DNA from: an uncultured Chloroflexia bacterium
Lineage (GTDB): Bacteria; Chloroflexota; Limnocylindria; Limnocylindrales; CSP1-4
NCBI GenBank assembly: GCA_963697275.1
Contig: CAVONF010000003.1
Location: forward strand, 68,028 to 132,027
Reading direction: 5' to 3'
DNA: 64,000 nt
This document shows positions 49,652-59,800 of this stretch, piece by piece. The notes beneath the pieces were generated by a model, which was given only the letters and a program-made list of their open reading frames with translations, was not told the origin of the DNA and did no database searches. Both the position numbers and the translations under genes were made by a program. Each line of letters starts with the position of its first letter. The stretch's first letter is position 1.

Positions 49652-50051
49652 CTCTGTCGCACCTGGCCGGTCGCACCTGGTCGGTCGCGCCTGGGAGCGC
49701 GCGTGCACGCGACGGCGCCAGCCCCAGGGTCCCAGCCGTCACCAGGGCGGAACCGAGATGTGCCGCTCGTCGCTGGCCCGGTCGAGCGGCGGATCGACCT
49801 CGCGGTTCCTGTCACCCATGCAGCGGCGGACTGGCAGGCAGACAGCGGCATCCAGCCGGCCACTCGCGATAGGTCCAGACAGGCGGAAGCATGCCCGTCC
49901 ACGCTCAGGAGCGGGCCGCCGCTGAGGCGACCCGACCGAAACCGCGCCCAAGGCGGCGCGCAAGGCTGTCGAGTAGTCCGGGGGTGACTGGGTGACAGGA
50001 ACGATACGGCGGACCGCCGTCCCAGCACCGGCGATCGGGCCGCTCAGTCGG

Positions 50052-51241
<1,190 letters not shown>

Positions 51242-51349
51242 GGGCCCGATGGTACGGCCGATCAGGGCGGCCCGCTGGCCTCTCGTGGTACGGTTTCGCG
51301 GTCGTGGATCGACCGTCGTCGCCGTGGCGCCCGATCCGGGCGTCCAGGC

Positions 51350-52312
51350 ATGCTGCTCTGTGCGGTATTGGCCGGGGTGCTGATCGTGCCCGGGTCGACC
51401 GGCGCAGCCGCGGGCGACGATGCCCGGGCCGCCGCGCGCCTCGCAGCCGAGCCCGCCAAGGCCGGGTTCCGCGTCGGCAAGTGGGAGCTCCAGCAGGTGA
51501 CCTGGAAGCAGCTCCACTTCACCGGGGGCGCACCCCTGCCCGTCAAGACCGTCGGGCCGAAGGATGACAAGGGCATCTCCCTGCGACCCCTGGGGCCGGG
51601 CAAGTCACTCGTCTACAACCCGACCGTGCTCGCCCAGCAGGGCATGAAGCGGCTCGACACGTGGCAGCAGACGGGCAAGTCCGTGCACCTGCGCTACGCC
51701 CGCAAGCTCGTGCGCAAGCTCGACGAGCTGGCCGTCGGCAACCGCAAGCTGCGCTGGCAGCCACATGACTACCCGCGTGGCGGCAATGGCGTGGGCTGGG
51801 TGAACTCGAACTCACATGGCCTGGTGCTCTCGTTCCTGAGCCGTTTCCACCGCCTCACCGGGTCCGCGCGCAGCCTGGAGGGCGCGCGGGCCATGCTGGC
51901 CGCGTTCGGGGCGCGCAAGGGGGAGCGGCGCTGGTTCAGCGTGGTCACGCCGTCGCGCCACATCTGGTTCGAACACTGGCCCGGTGGGAGATATGCCCAC
52001 ACCCTCAATGCCCACATGAACGCCGCTCTTCGGCCTCTACGACTACTGGCAGCTGACCGGATCAGCCAAGGCCAGGCGCTACTTCCTGGGCGGCGCGCAG
52101 ACCGTCCGCGCCAAGCTGCACAAGTTCCGTCGCGAGGGCAAGCTCTCGCGCTACAGCCTCAGCGGCACGAGCGGCTCGCTGCACTACCACCACACGCACA
52201 TCTGGCAGCTGCGGCTGCTGGCGCGCATGACCGGCGATCGCTGGTTCGCGAAGCAGGCACAGCTGTTCAAGCAGGACGAGCGCGCCTGGCGCGCCGCCGG
52301 TCGCCCCGACTG
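51350..52312 (+). pseudogene. secreted D-glucuronyl C5-epimerase C-terminal-domain-like protein, one frame change near 52030
   Basis: Signal peptide [46 protein letters not shown].., HTLNAHMNA then (next frame) LFGLYDYWQLTGSAKARRYF..LSRYSL..HYHHTHIWQLRLLARMTGDRWF resembles the C5-epimerase C-terminal domain pattern. Confidence 0.55.
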
Positions 52313-52436
52313 AGCCAAACCAACGCGGATATCTGCCCTGGCTGGTCGCACTCCCGGCACGCGCTGGTCTACGATGAGCGCGCACACCAGACAGCGGCAC
52401 GGCGTTCGTGGCTGACCAGCATCGAGGAGGGACAAC

Positions 52437-52682
52437 ATGATCCAGCGTGGCATCGGCATCACGGTCGGCGCCCTCGTGACCCTGATCCTTCTAGTCCTCA
52501 TGGCGGGCGGGAACCCCTGGCAGGACTACATCGCACCACTCGTCATCGGTGGCGTGGCGGCCTTCTTCTGGCCCGTCGTCATCGGCTGGTATCTGGTCCG
52601 CCGCGGCAAGCAGCGCCGGGAGGACCAGATCCAGAGCGAAGTGCAGCGCCAGCTCGACCAGGAGCGCAACCAGGGCCGCTAG
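52437..52682 (+). CDS. small membrane protein (2 TM plus a charged C-tail)
   Basis: 81 aa. GAGGAGGG precedes the ATG. There are two hydrophobic spans, then RRGKQRREDQIQSEVQRQLDQERNQGR. Confidence 0.55.
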   Translation: MIQRGIGITVGALVTLILLVLMAGGNPWQDYIAPLVIGGVAAFFWPVVIGWYLVRRGKQRREDQIQSEVQRQLDQERNQGR

Positions 52683-52767
52683 CCACCCGGTGGGGTGGGC
52701 GGCCGCTCGCCCCACCCGCAGCCACCGTGTCATACGCTGAAGGGCCGACCCTGACCCCCGCGAGTCC

Positions 52768-54831
52768 GTGACCGACCAGGGGCGCGAGACCTACTTCCGC
52801 CCGGACATCGAGGGTCTGCGCGCCGTCGCCATCGGCGCGGTGCTGCTGTACCACGCCGGCGTGCCCGGCGCCGACGGCGGCTTCGTCGGCGTCGACGTCT
52901 TCTTCGTCATCTCCGGCTTCCTCATCACCGGACTGCTGGTCCGCGAGTGGTCCACGCACGGCCGCATCGACCTCGTGGCCTTCTACGCGCGACGCCTCCG
53001 GCGTCTGCTGCCGGCGGCGTTGCTGGCCATCGCCGTCACCACGCTGGCCTCCTGGCTGGTGCTGTCGAGCCTGCGCTTCCCGGCTGTGGCCGGCGATGCC
53101 GCCGCGGCTGCGCTGTACGTCTCCAACATCCGCTTCGCCGCCAACGCCATCGACTACCTCGGCAGCGAGGTCGCGCCATCACCGCTGCTGCACTTCTGGT
53201 CGCTGGGCGTCGAGGAGCAGTTCTATCTCTTCTGGCCGCTCATCATCCTGCTCTCGCTGCGCCTGATGGCGCAGCGCCGCCTGGGTCTCCTCATCGGCGC
53301 CATGGCCGTCGTCTCGTTCTGGCTGGGCCTCATCTGGACCGACCTGGCGGCACCCTGGGCGTTCTTCTCGCTGCCCACGCGGGCCTGGCAGCTGGGGACC
53401 GGCGCGCTCATCGCCATCGGGGTCCTGCGCCTGCCGGGCCGGACGCCGCACGTCGCTGGCATCGCTGGCCGTGTGGCTCGGTCTGGGCCTCATCGCTGCG
53501 GCGCATCGTCGTCATCGGCCCGGGCACGCCGTATCCGGGAACGGCCGCCCTCATCCCGGTCATCGGCACCGCGCTCGTGATCATCGGCGGCAGCGACCGG
53601 ACCTCGCTGCCGTCGCGCCTCCTGGCGCTGTCGGTCCCGCGCTGGATCGGACGCATCTCCTACTCCCTGTACCTGTGGCACTGGCCCATCCTGGTGCTGG
53701 TGCCGCTGGCGCTGGGCATCGAGAGCCTGGCCCTGAACCTGGTGCTGGTCGGCGTCGCCGTGGCCATCGCGGCGGCAAGCACGGAGCTCATCGAGGTGCC
53801 CATCCGGCAGGGTCGCCTGCTGCCCCTCGCCGCCGCGTGCCAGCGTCGTCACGGCGGTGTCGGCCTCGGTGCGTGGTGGCGGCGGGAGCCGTCACCGCTG
53901 GCGCCATCGTCCGTGGCCCTGGCACGACTCCCGTCGTCGCCGATGGATCGACCATCCGCGCCGGCGCAGCTCCCGGAGGCGGTCCGCACGGGGCCAGTGC
54001 CGGCGGACCTGACGCCGACGCTGGCACAGGCCTACTACGACCTGCCGAGCGGCTACGGCGATGGGTGCCACCTCGACTTCCCCGAGGTCGAGCCACCCGA
54101 GTGTACCTACGGACCCGCCGACGCCACGACGCCCGTGCTGCTGCTCGGCGATTCGCACGCACAGCAGTGGCTGCCGGCCCTGGAGCGGCTCGCGGATGAG
54201 CGGGGCTGGCGATTGCGAGCCATCACCAAGGGCGCCTGCCCGATGGTCGAAGCGACGGTGTGGAACTACCCACTGAAGCGCGCCTACCGTGAGTGCGACG
54301 AGTGGCGCGAGCGGGCCCTGAGGCTCATCGAGGAGGACGAGCCGCAGCTGGTGCTCCTGGCCGCGGCGGACATGTACGACCTGGTCGACGAGCAGGGTGG
54401 GCTCATCAGGGACGGTCCGGACGGCGAGGCCGCGGAGGCTGCCGCCTGGGATGCCGGGTTGGCGGACTACCTGGCGCAGGTCGCCGAGCGCGCTCCGCGC
54501 GTGGTCCTCCTGGCCGATACGCCACGGGTCGGCTACGACCCGGCGGAGTGCCTCGCCACGAGCGCCGGCATCGAGGCCTGCGACACGCAGCAGCGAGCGC
54601 ATGGTCGATGACGCCTACCGTGAGCGGGAGGCTGCCGCCGCCGCGGAAGCCGGGGTGGGACTCATCTCCGCGACCGACTGGCTCTGCCCGCAGGAGGACT
54701 GTCCGCTCGTGCGTGGTCCGTTCCTCGTGTATCGTGACCAGCACCATCTGACAGCCACCTTCGCCGCGCAGCTCGCGAGCCAGTTGGGCGCGGCGCTCGA
54801 TGCCGTGACTGGGGGTGACCTTGCCCGATAA
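52768..54831 (+). pseudogene. acyltransferase-3 (OafA/YrhL-type O-acetyltransferase) fused to a C-terminal SGNH domain, several frame changes
   Basis: AT3 part: RPDIEGLRAVAIGAVLLYHAG, VDVFFVISGFLIT, LHFWSLGVEEQFYLFWP, GRISYSLYLWHWP. SGNH part: VLLLGDSHAQQWLPALE..KGACP..VLLADTP..YRDQHHLTATFA. The segments are in the 52768, 53471, 52947 and 54397 frames. Confidence 0.8.
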
Positions 54832-54854
54832 CCACTCGCCCGTGCGTCCCAGGT

Positions 54855-55249
54855 CCGTGAGCCGGCTCTCCCGGCGCGGTGCCCCGGCCGTGCTCCTGCT
54901 GATGGTGCTGCTGGGGACGCTGGCCGCCACCCCGGTGCTGGCTGCCGACAGCGATGGTGATGGTCTGCGCGATGGCTTCGAGGCCCGCTGGGGCGTGACC
55001 AGTCCGACCAGCGCCGACAGCGATGGCGACGGCGTCATCGATGCCGCCGAGGACAGCGACGGCGACCGTCTCTCCGATCTGGGGGAGCAGCGCTTCCGCA
55101 GTGACCCCGGCGCCCGCGACAGCGACGGCGACGGGCGCCCAGACGGCCGCGAGGACCACGACCGGGACGGGCGCAGCAACGCCCGTGAGCAGGATCAGCG
55201 GCCCCTGCCGGCCGGGCTCCGGCCGTCGCTGGCCAGGGCGGCGGCGGAC
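54855..55249 (+). repeat. 395-bp direct repeat, copy 1 (5' modules of SGNH paralogs 1 and 2)
   Basis: Base-by-base comparison with 56011-56405 shows one difference (cccctg vs ccgctg) and no indel. Confidence 0.9.
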
Positions 55250-56016
55250 CTCTGGAAGGGTGAACGCGCCTGCAACACCCGCGCGGGCGCCGCCGACCCC
55301 AGGCGCTGCCAGTTCGGGGACCCTGCCAGCGAGACCACCATCGCCGTCATCGGCGACTCCAAGGCAGTGATGCTCATGCCGGCGTTCGTCAGCGCCGCCG
55401 ACGGGCGGGCTGGCAGGTCGTGACGCTCCTGAAGGGGGCCTGCACTCCGGTCCTGGGCACACTCAACAGCCAGCAGGACGCCCTCGACGGAGGTCGCACC
55501 TGCCGCGCCTGGCGGCGCAACGTCATCGAGCGGCTCAACGCCGACCCACCAGACCTCATCGTCTTCGTCCACTCGGATGACTACCGTCTGCTCGACGCCC
55601 GCGGGCGGACGCTTTCAGGCGAGCGCAAGGTCAGAGCCTGGCGAACGGGCATGCAACGGACCCTGGCGGCTCTGCCCACCGCATCGCGTGCCCTGCTGCT
55701 GGGAGATGTGCCTGAGAACGCGGGCAACCCGGTCAGGTGCCTGAAGAGCAACCGTCGTGACATGTCCGCGTGCCAGGCCGCCCGGCAGCCTCTCGCCCAG
55801 CGCACCATCGAGCGGGCCCTGCGCGCTGCTGCCGCGGCCGCTGGTGCGCGGTTCGGCACCCTGTACGACCAGGTCTGCAGCTACGACCCGTGCCCCCTGG
55901 TCCAGGGCAAGGTCCTGATGTGGCGCGACGATCGACACCTCACGGCCACCTTCACCGAGCGCCTGACGCCCTCGTTGCAGGGACTGCTGGCTGACACGCT
56001 GGCGGGTGACCCGTGA
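54857..56016 (+). pseudogene. secreted TSP3-repeat (DxDxDG calcium-binding) / OafA-type SGNH domain protein, paralog 1, one frame change near 55400
   Basis: A signal peptide, then DSDGDGLRDGFE, DSDGDGVIDAAEDSDGDRLSD and DSDGDGRPDGREDHDRDGRSN, followed by IAVIGDSKAVML. In the 55420 frame: KGACTPV..LLLGDVPEN..MWRDDRHLTATF. The alternative GTG at 54815 overlaps the OafA end. Confidence 0.7.
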
Positions 56017-56405
56017 GCCGGCTCTCCCGGCGCGGTGCCCCGGCCGTGCTCCTGCTGATGGTGCTGCTGGGGACGCTGGCCGCCACCCCGGTGCTGGCTG
56101 CCGACAGCGATGGTGATGGTCTGCGCGATGGCTTCGAGGCCCGCTGGGGCGTGACCAGTCCGACCAGCGCCGACAGCGATGGCGACGGCGTCATCGATGC
56201 CGCCGAGGACAGCGACGGCGACCGTCTCTCCGATCTGGGGGAGCAGCGCTTCCGCAGTGACCCCGGCGCCCGCGACAGCGACGGCGACGGGCGCCCAGAC
56301 GGCCGCGAGGACCACGACCGGGACGGGCGCAGCAACGCCCGTGAGCAGGATCAGCGGCCGCTGCCGGCCGGGCTCCGGCCGTCGCTGGCCAGGGCGGCGG
56401 CGGAC
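56011..56405 (+). repeat. 395-bp direct repeat, copy 2
   Basis: See copy 1. The offset is 1156 nt. Confidence 0.9.
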
Positions 56406-57191
56406 GTCCCCGGCGAGCGAGAGAGCTGCCAGACTGGCGCCGGTTCGTCGGAGCCCCTGGCGTGCGAGTTCGGGGTCGCGGAGAGCGCCACCACGGTCGT
56501 GCTGCTGGGCGACTCGCACGCGATGATGTATCTCCCGGCGCTGCGGCCGGTGGTCGCGGAACGAGGCTGGCGGCTGGTGACCCTCGTCAAGAGCGCCTGC
56601 CCGCCCGTGCTGGGGATCCGCAGCATCGACCAGCAGCGGCTCGATGAGGGCCGCTCGTGCCTGGAGTGGCAGCGCAACGTCTTTGCCCGCCTGCAGGCGG
56701 ACCCTCCCGATGTCATCGTCGTGGCGCACTCCGACAGCTACAAGATCGTCGATGAGGCGGGGCAGGTCGTGCCCACCCGGCAACGGCCCACGACCTGGAA
56801 GACGGGCATGCGGCGGACGCTGGCGGCACTGCCCTGGACGTCTCGTGTGCTGGTGCTGGGTGACGTTCCTGACAATCGCGGCAACCCGGTCATCTGCCTG
56901 CGAAAGCACAAGGGCGACATCTCCGCGTGTACCGCGCCCCGCGAGTCGCGAGGGCAGCGCACCGTCGAGGCCGCGCTGCGGCAGGCAGCCGTGAAGATGG
57001 GCGCGCAGTTCCGGACCCTGTACGGCAAGATCTGCACCTACGATCCATGCCCGCTGGTCCAGGGCGAGGTGCTCATGTGGCGTGATGGCGGACACCTCAC
57101 CGCGACGTTCGCGACTCGCCTGATCCCGGCGTGGCGTGAGTTGCTGGGCAGCGCGGTCGCGTCGGCGCCCAGGTCGTCAGCACGGCGTTGA
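56013..57191 (+). CDS. secreted TSP3-repeat / OafA-type SGNH domain protein, paralog 2
   Basis: Intact 392-aa ORF with a GTGA overlap with paralog 1. The N-terminal ~130 aa are identical to paralog 1. The SGNH part reads VVLLGDSHAMMYLPAL..KSACPPV..VLVLGDVPDN..MWRDGGHLTATF. Confidence 0.75.
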   Translation: MSRLSRRGAPAVLLLMVLLGTLAATPVLAADSDGDGLRDGFEARWGVTSPTSADSDGDGVIDAAEDSDGDRLSDLGEQRFRSDPGARDSDGDGRPDGREDHDRDGRSNAREQDQRPLPAGLRPSLARAAADVPGERESCQTGAGSSEPLACEFGVAESATTVVLLGDSHAMMYLPALRPVVAERGWRLVTLVKSACPPVLGIRSIDQQRLDEGRSCLEWQRNVFARLQADPPDVIVVAHSDSYKIVDEAGQVVPTRQRPTTWKTGMRRTLAALPWTSRVLVLGDVPDNRGNPVICLRKHKGDISACTAPRESRGQRTVEAALRQAAVKMGAQFRTLYGKICTYDPCPLVQGEVLMWRDGGHLTATFATRLIPAWRELLGSAVASAPRSSARR

Positions 57192-58438
57192 TGCCGGACC
57201 TGGCCCGTCCGGGGCGGTGGCAAGGCACCACCCTCCCGGGCATCACCCTGGCGCTGCTCCTCGCGCTCCTCGCCGCGAGCAGCGCGGCAGCGAGCGAGCC
57301 CGACAGCGATGCGGATGGACTCAGCGACCGCTTCGAGATCCGCTGGGGCCTGACCAGTCCGACGAGCGCCGACAGCGACGGCGACGGCCTCATCGACGCT
57401 GCCGAGGACGACGATGGCGACGGCCTCGGCGCCCTGGGCGAGCAGCGCTTCGGGACGGACCCCGGCGATGCTGACAGCGACGCTGACGGCATCCTCGATG
57501 GTGACGAGGACTCGAACGGCGACGGCCGGACCGACGCCCAGCAACAGGACCTGCGACGAGTCCCCCGCGACCTGCGGCCCAGCCTCGAGTCGGCCTGGTG
57601 GGACCGGCCCGACAGCTACGACGATCGCTGCCACAACGACGCGGTCGACGCCGAGCTGCACCCCTGCAGCTTCGCTGCGCTCGGCGGTGACGTGCGCGTG
57701 GTCATCTTCGGGGATTCGCATGCCCTGCAGTGGCTGCCGGCCCTCGTGAGCGCCGGCCAGTCAGAAGGCTGGGAGATCGTGGCTCTCACGAAGGCCGCCT
57801 GTCCGCCGGCCCAGGTCGAGTTCGGGCGCAAGGAGACCGAGGCCGCTCCCTCGTGCCGGACATGGCGGCAACAGGCGCTGGCCTGGCTGGCCGATGAACC
57901 GCCGGACCTGCTGCTCCTGGTCGGAGCCGGGCGTGTCTACAAGTTGCTCGATCAGGATGGCACACGACTGCCGCCCGAGGCCGCCCTGGCCACCTGGGCG
58001 GCGGGCCTGGCCCGGACGCTCGAAGGACTCCCCGACGCCACCTCGACCATCGTCCTCGCCGACACCCCCTTGATGCAGCCCAACCCGGTCTCCTGCCTGG
58101 AGCGGAACCCCGGGGACATCTCCGCCTGCGTCTCGCCCCGGTCAGCAGCCATCGACCAGGACCTCGACGAGGCCGAGCGCGAGACCGCCGAGGCGGCGGG
58201 TGCCTCCTTCGAGAGCCTCAATCACCTCGTCTGCCCCTACGATCCCTGCCCCGTGATCGCGGGTGACATGCTGATGTGGCGCAACGGCGACCACATCACG
58301 GCCACGTTCGCAGAGCAGCTGACCCCCGCGATGCGCGAGCTGCTGTTGCGCGCCCTCGACGACCACTCCGCGGCGGTCGACACTGACATCGCCGCCGCGG
58401 CCTCGCTCGAAGGCCCCTCGGAGGGTCCGGACGGCTGA
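57191..58438 (+). CDS. secreted TSP3-repeat / OafA-type SGNH domain protein, paralog 3
   Basis: Intact ORF. The ATG at 57191 overlaps the paralog 2 stop by 1 nt (a TTG at 57188 is also possible). Repeats: DSDADGLSDRFE, DSDGDGLIDAAEDDDGDGL, DADSDADGILDGDEDSNGDGRTD. SGNH part: VVIFGDSHALQWLPAL..KAACPP..IVLADTP..MWRNGDHITATF. Confidence 0.75.
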   Translation: MPDLARPGRWQGTTLPGITLALLLALLAASSAAASEPDSDADGLSDRFEIRWGLTSPTSADSDGDGLIDAAEDDDGDGLGALGEQRFGTDPGDADSDADGILDGDEDSNGDGRTDAQQQDLRRVPRDLRPSLESAWWDRPDSYDDRCHNDAVDAELHPCSFAALGGDVRVVIFGDSHALQWLPALVSAGQSEGWEIVALTKAACPPAQVEFGRKETEAAPSCRTWRQQALAWLADEPPDLLLLVGAGRVYKLLDQDGTRLPPEAALATWAAGLARTLEGLPDATSTIVLADTPLMQPNPVSCLERNPGDISACVSPRSAAIDQDLDEAERETAEAAGASFESLNHLVCPYDPCPVIAGDMLMWRNGDHITATFAEQLTPAMRELLLRALDDHSAAVDTDIAAAASLEGPSEGPDG

Positions 58439-58443
58439 TCCCG

Positions 58444-58632
58444 CTAGCGTTCGTCCGCGCGAGGTCCGGGTCGGCGCGCCAGGGGCAGCAGGATGGGCTG
58501 CCAGTCGATGCCGTTGCGGTCGCGGTGCCAGAAGACGATGGCGTTGTAGCGCCGAGCCAGGGCCATCACGAAGCGGTAGTCACGCGGGTTGATGGCGCCC
58601 GTCGGCAGCGGCCCGATGTCGATCTCGTCCAC
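58444..58632 (-). CDS. small hypothetical protein (start uncertain)
   Basis: The C-terminal part of ORF 58444..58848 (VDEIDIGPLPTGAINPRDYRFVMALARRYNAIVFWHRDRNGIDWQPILLPLARR) is protein-like. The upstream part overlaps the hemerythrin gene. I chose the GTG at 58632 tentatively. Confidence 0.3.
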   Translation of the reverse strand: MDEIDIGPLPTGAINPRDYRFVMALARRYNAIVFWHRDRNGIDWQPILLPLARRPGPRADER

Positions 58633-58744
58633 ACGCCCCTCAGCCTGGGGCCGATCGCGACCGATGGTCAGCCGCTGACGCCTCGGCCTATCGTATCGGT
58701 CCGTCGGCAGTTCGTCCCGGGTGGCGGCCGTCAGCGCGTCCGCC

Positions 58745-59230
58745 CTACTCGGAAGCGGCGTGCGCCAGGCCCCTGACGATGGCTTCCTGCTCCTCGCTGG
58801 AGAGGTTGCCCTGCAGGACGCGAAGGTACTCCTCCTCCTCGGCGACATGCGTCTTCACCAGGGCGTAGAAGGAGATGATGAGCCGGCGCAGGCCGAGTGC
58901 GTCCGTCGGGTTCAGCGGGCCCTTCTCTACGCGCTCCATGTACTCACCCATCTTGTCGATGAGCTCACCCAACTGGGCGTGCTCACGCTTCATGGGTGAC
59001 ATCGAGTGGCGGTTCTGCATGAGTCGTTCGAGCTCCGGGTAGACGTTCTCCTCGACGACCTTGACATGCGGCCACAGGGTCCCGGTGATGAAGGCGTACT
59101 CCTTGCCGAACTGCGTCGCGAACTCCGGCGGCGGCGGGCGCAGCTCGAGCATGTCGGCCAGTGCGGGCAGGCGGTCGACGTGCTCGCGGATGCGCTCATG
59201 GTGCTCATGACCGGTGTGTGGCAATGTCAT
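58745..59230 (-). CDS. hemerythrin HHE cation-binding domain protein
   Basis: MTLPHTGHEHHERIREHVDRL.., HVKVVEENVYPEL, MKREHAQLGELIDKM and THVAEEEEYL are four-helix His/Glu-rich motifs. Confidence 0.7.
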   Translation of the reverse strand: MTLPHTGHEHHERIREHVDRLPALADMLELRPPPPEFATQFGKEYAFITGTLWPHVKVVEENVYPELERLMQNRHSMSPMKREHAQLGELIDKMGEYMERVEKGPLNPTDALGLRRLIISFYALVKTHVAEEEEYLRVLQGNLSSEEQEAIVRGLAHAASE

Positions 59231-59452
59231 CACTGACCTCATCGCTGGGCCCGACCGTCCCCTGGCCGGAGCGTTCGTTCGAGCGGCGACCATGGCACGA
59301 CCGCCTCTTCAGAGCGTGCCCGCAGAAGGGTCGCCTCGACAGGGCCGAAGGGACCGTATTCGGCCCGGCCGGCCACGCGGGGCTACGAGGCGCAGTCGCC
59401 CGCCAGTGCGGAGAACACCAACCCCGGCGGCTCTGCTCTCGTGCACGTGACG

Positions 59453-59492
59453 AGGCGGCTAGCTCAGCTGGTTAGAGCACCTGCTTGACATG
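59453..59492 (+). pseudogene. tRNA-Val(GAC) 5' half only (acceptor 5' strand, D arm, anticodon stem 5' strand and loop), copy A
   Basis: AGGCGGC-TA-GCTC-AGCTGGTTA-GAGC-A-CCTGC-TTGACAT. No complementary anticodon-stem 3' strand, T arm or GCCGCC acceptor strand follows within 300 nt. Confidence 0.7.
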
Positions 59493-59743
59493 TAGCTCCC
59501 AGCAAGCGCCGTGGGTGTCCGGCCTCCGTGGTCGGGCCGACATGCGACAGCCGGACAGTCATGCGGTGGAGTCGAGCGCCTCACCGGGCGCCTGCGGACG
59601 AAGCGCCCGGCGCGTCCGCCCGGCGCGCGGCGGCCAGCACTCGCCAGGCCCGGCAGCGAAGGAAGCTCGCGGACCCGGCTCTGGGCTCCCAGCGTCGCTG
59701 GTGGTGGCCTGCGGGCCTCGGTGTAGGGTAGTCTGTCGCCGGT

Positions 59744-59765
59744 AACCGTACGGATCTGTACGGTT
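59744..59765. promoter_or_regulatory. perfect inverted repeat AACCGTAC-ggatct-GTACGGTT, candidate AbiEi operator
   Basis: Read directly. It ends 35 nt upstream of the abiEi ATG (59801). AbiEi antitoxins are known autorepressors that bind inverted repeats. Confidence 0.45.
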
Positions 59766-59800
59766 GACGGGAATGGGACACCCCGACAGGACCGGATCAG

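Noticed and set aside
59453-59800. Whether tRNA-half copy A is a tRNA interrupted by an intron (for example a group I intron in the anticodon loop)
   Set aside because: In the 300 nt before abiEi I find no anticodon-stem 3' strand (GCAGG), no GGTTCGA-type T arm and no GCCGCC(T/C) acceptor strand. The same holds for copy B before its terminator hairpin. A covariance-model scan would be the definitive test.
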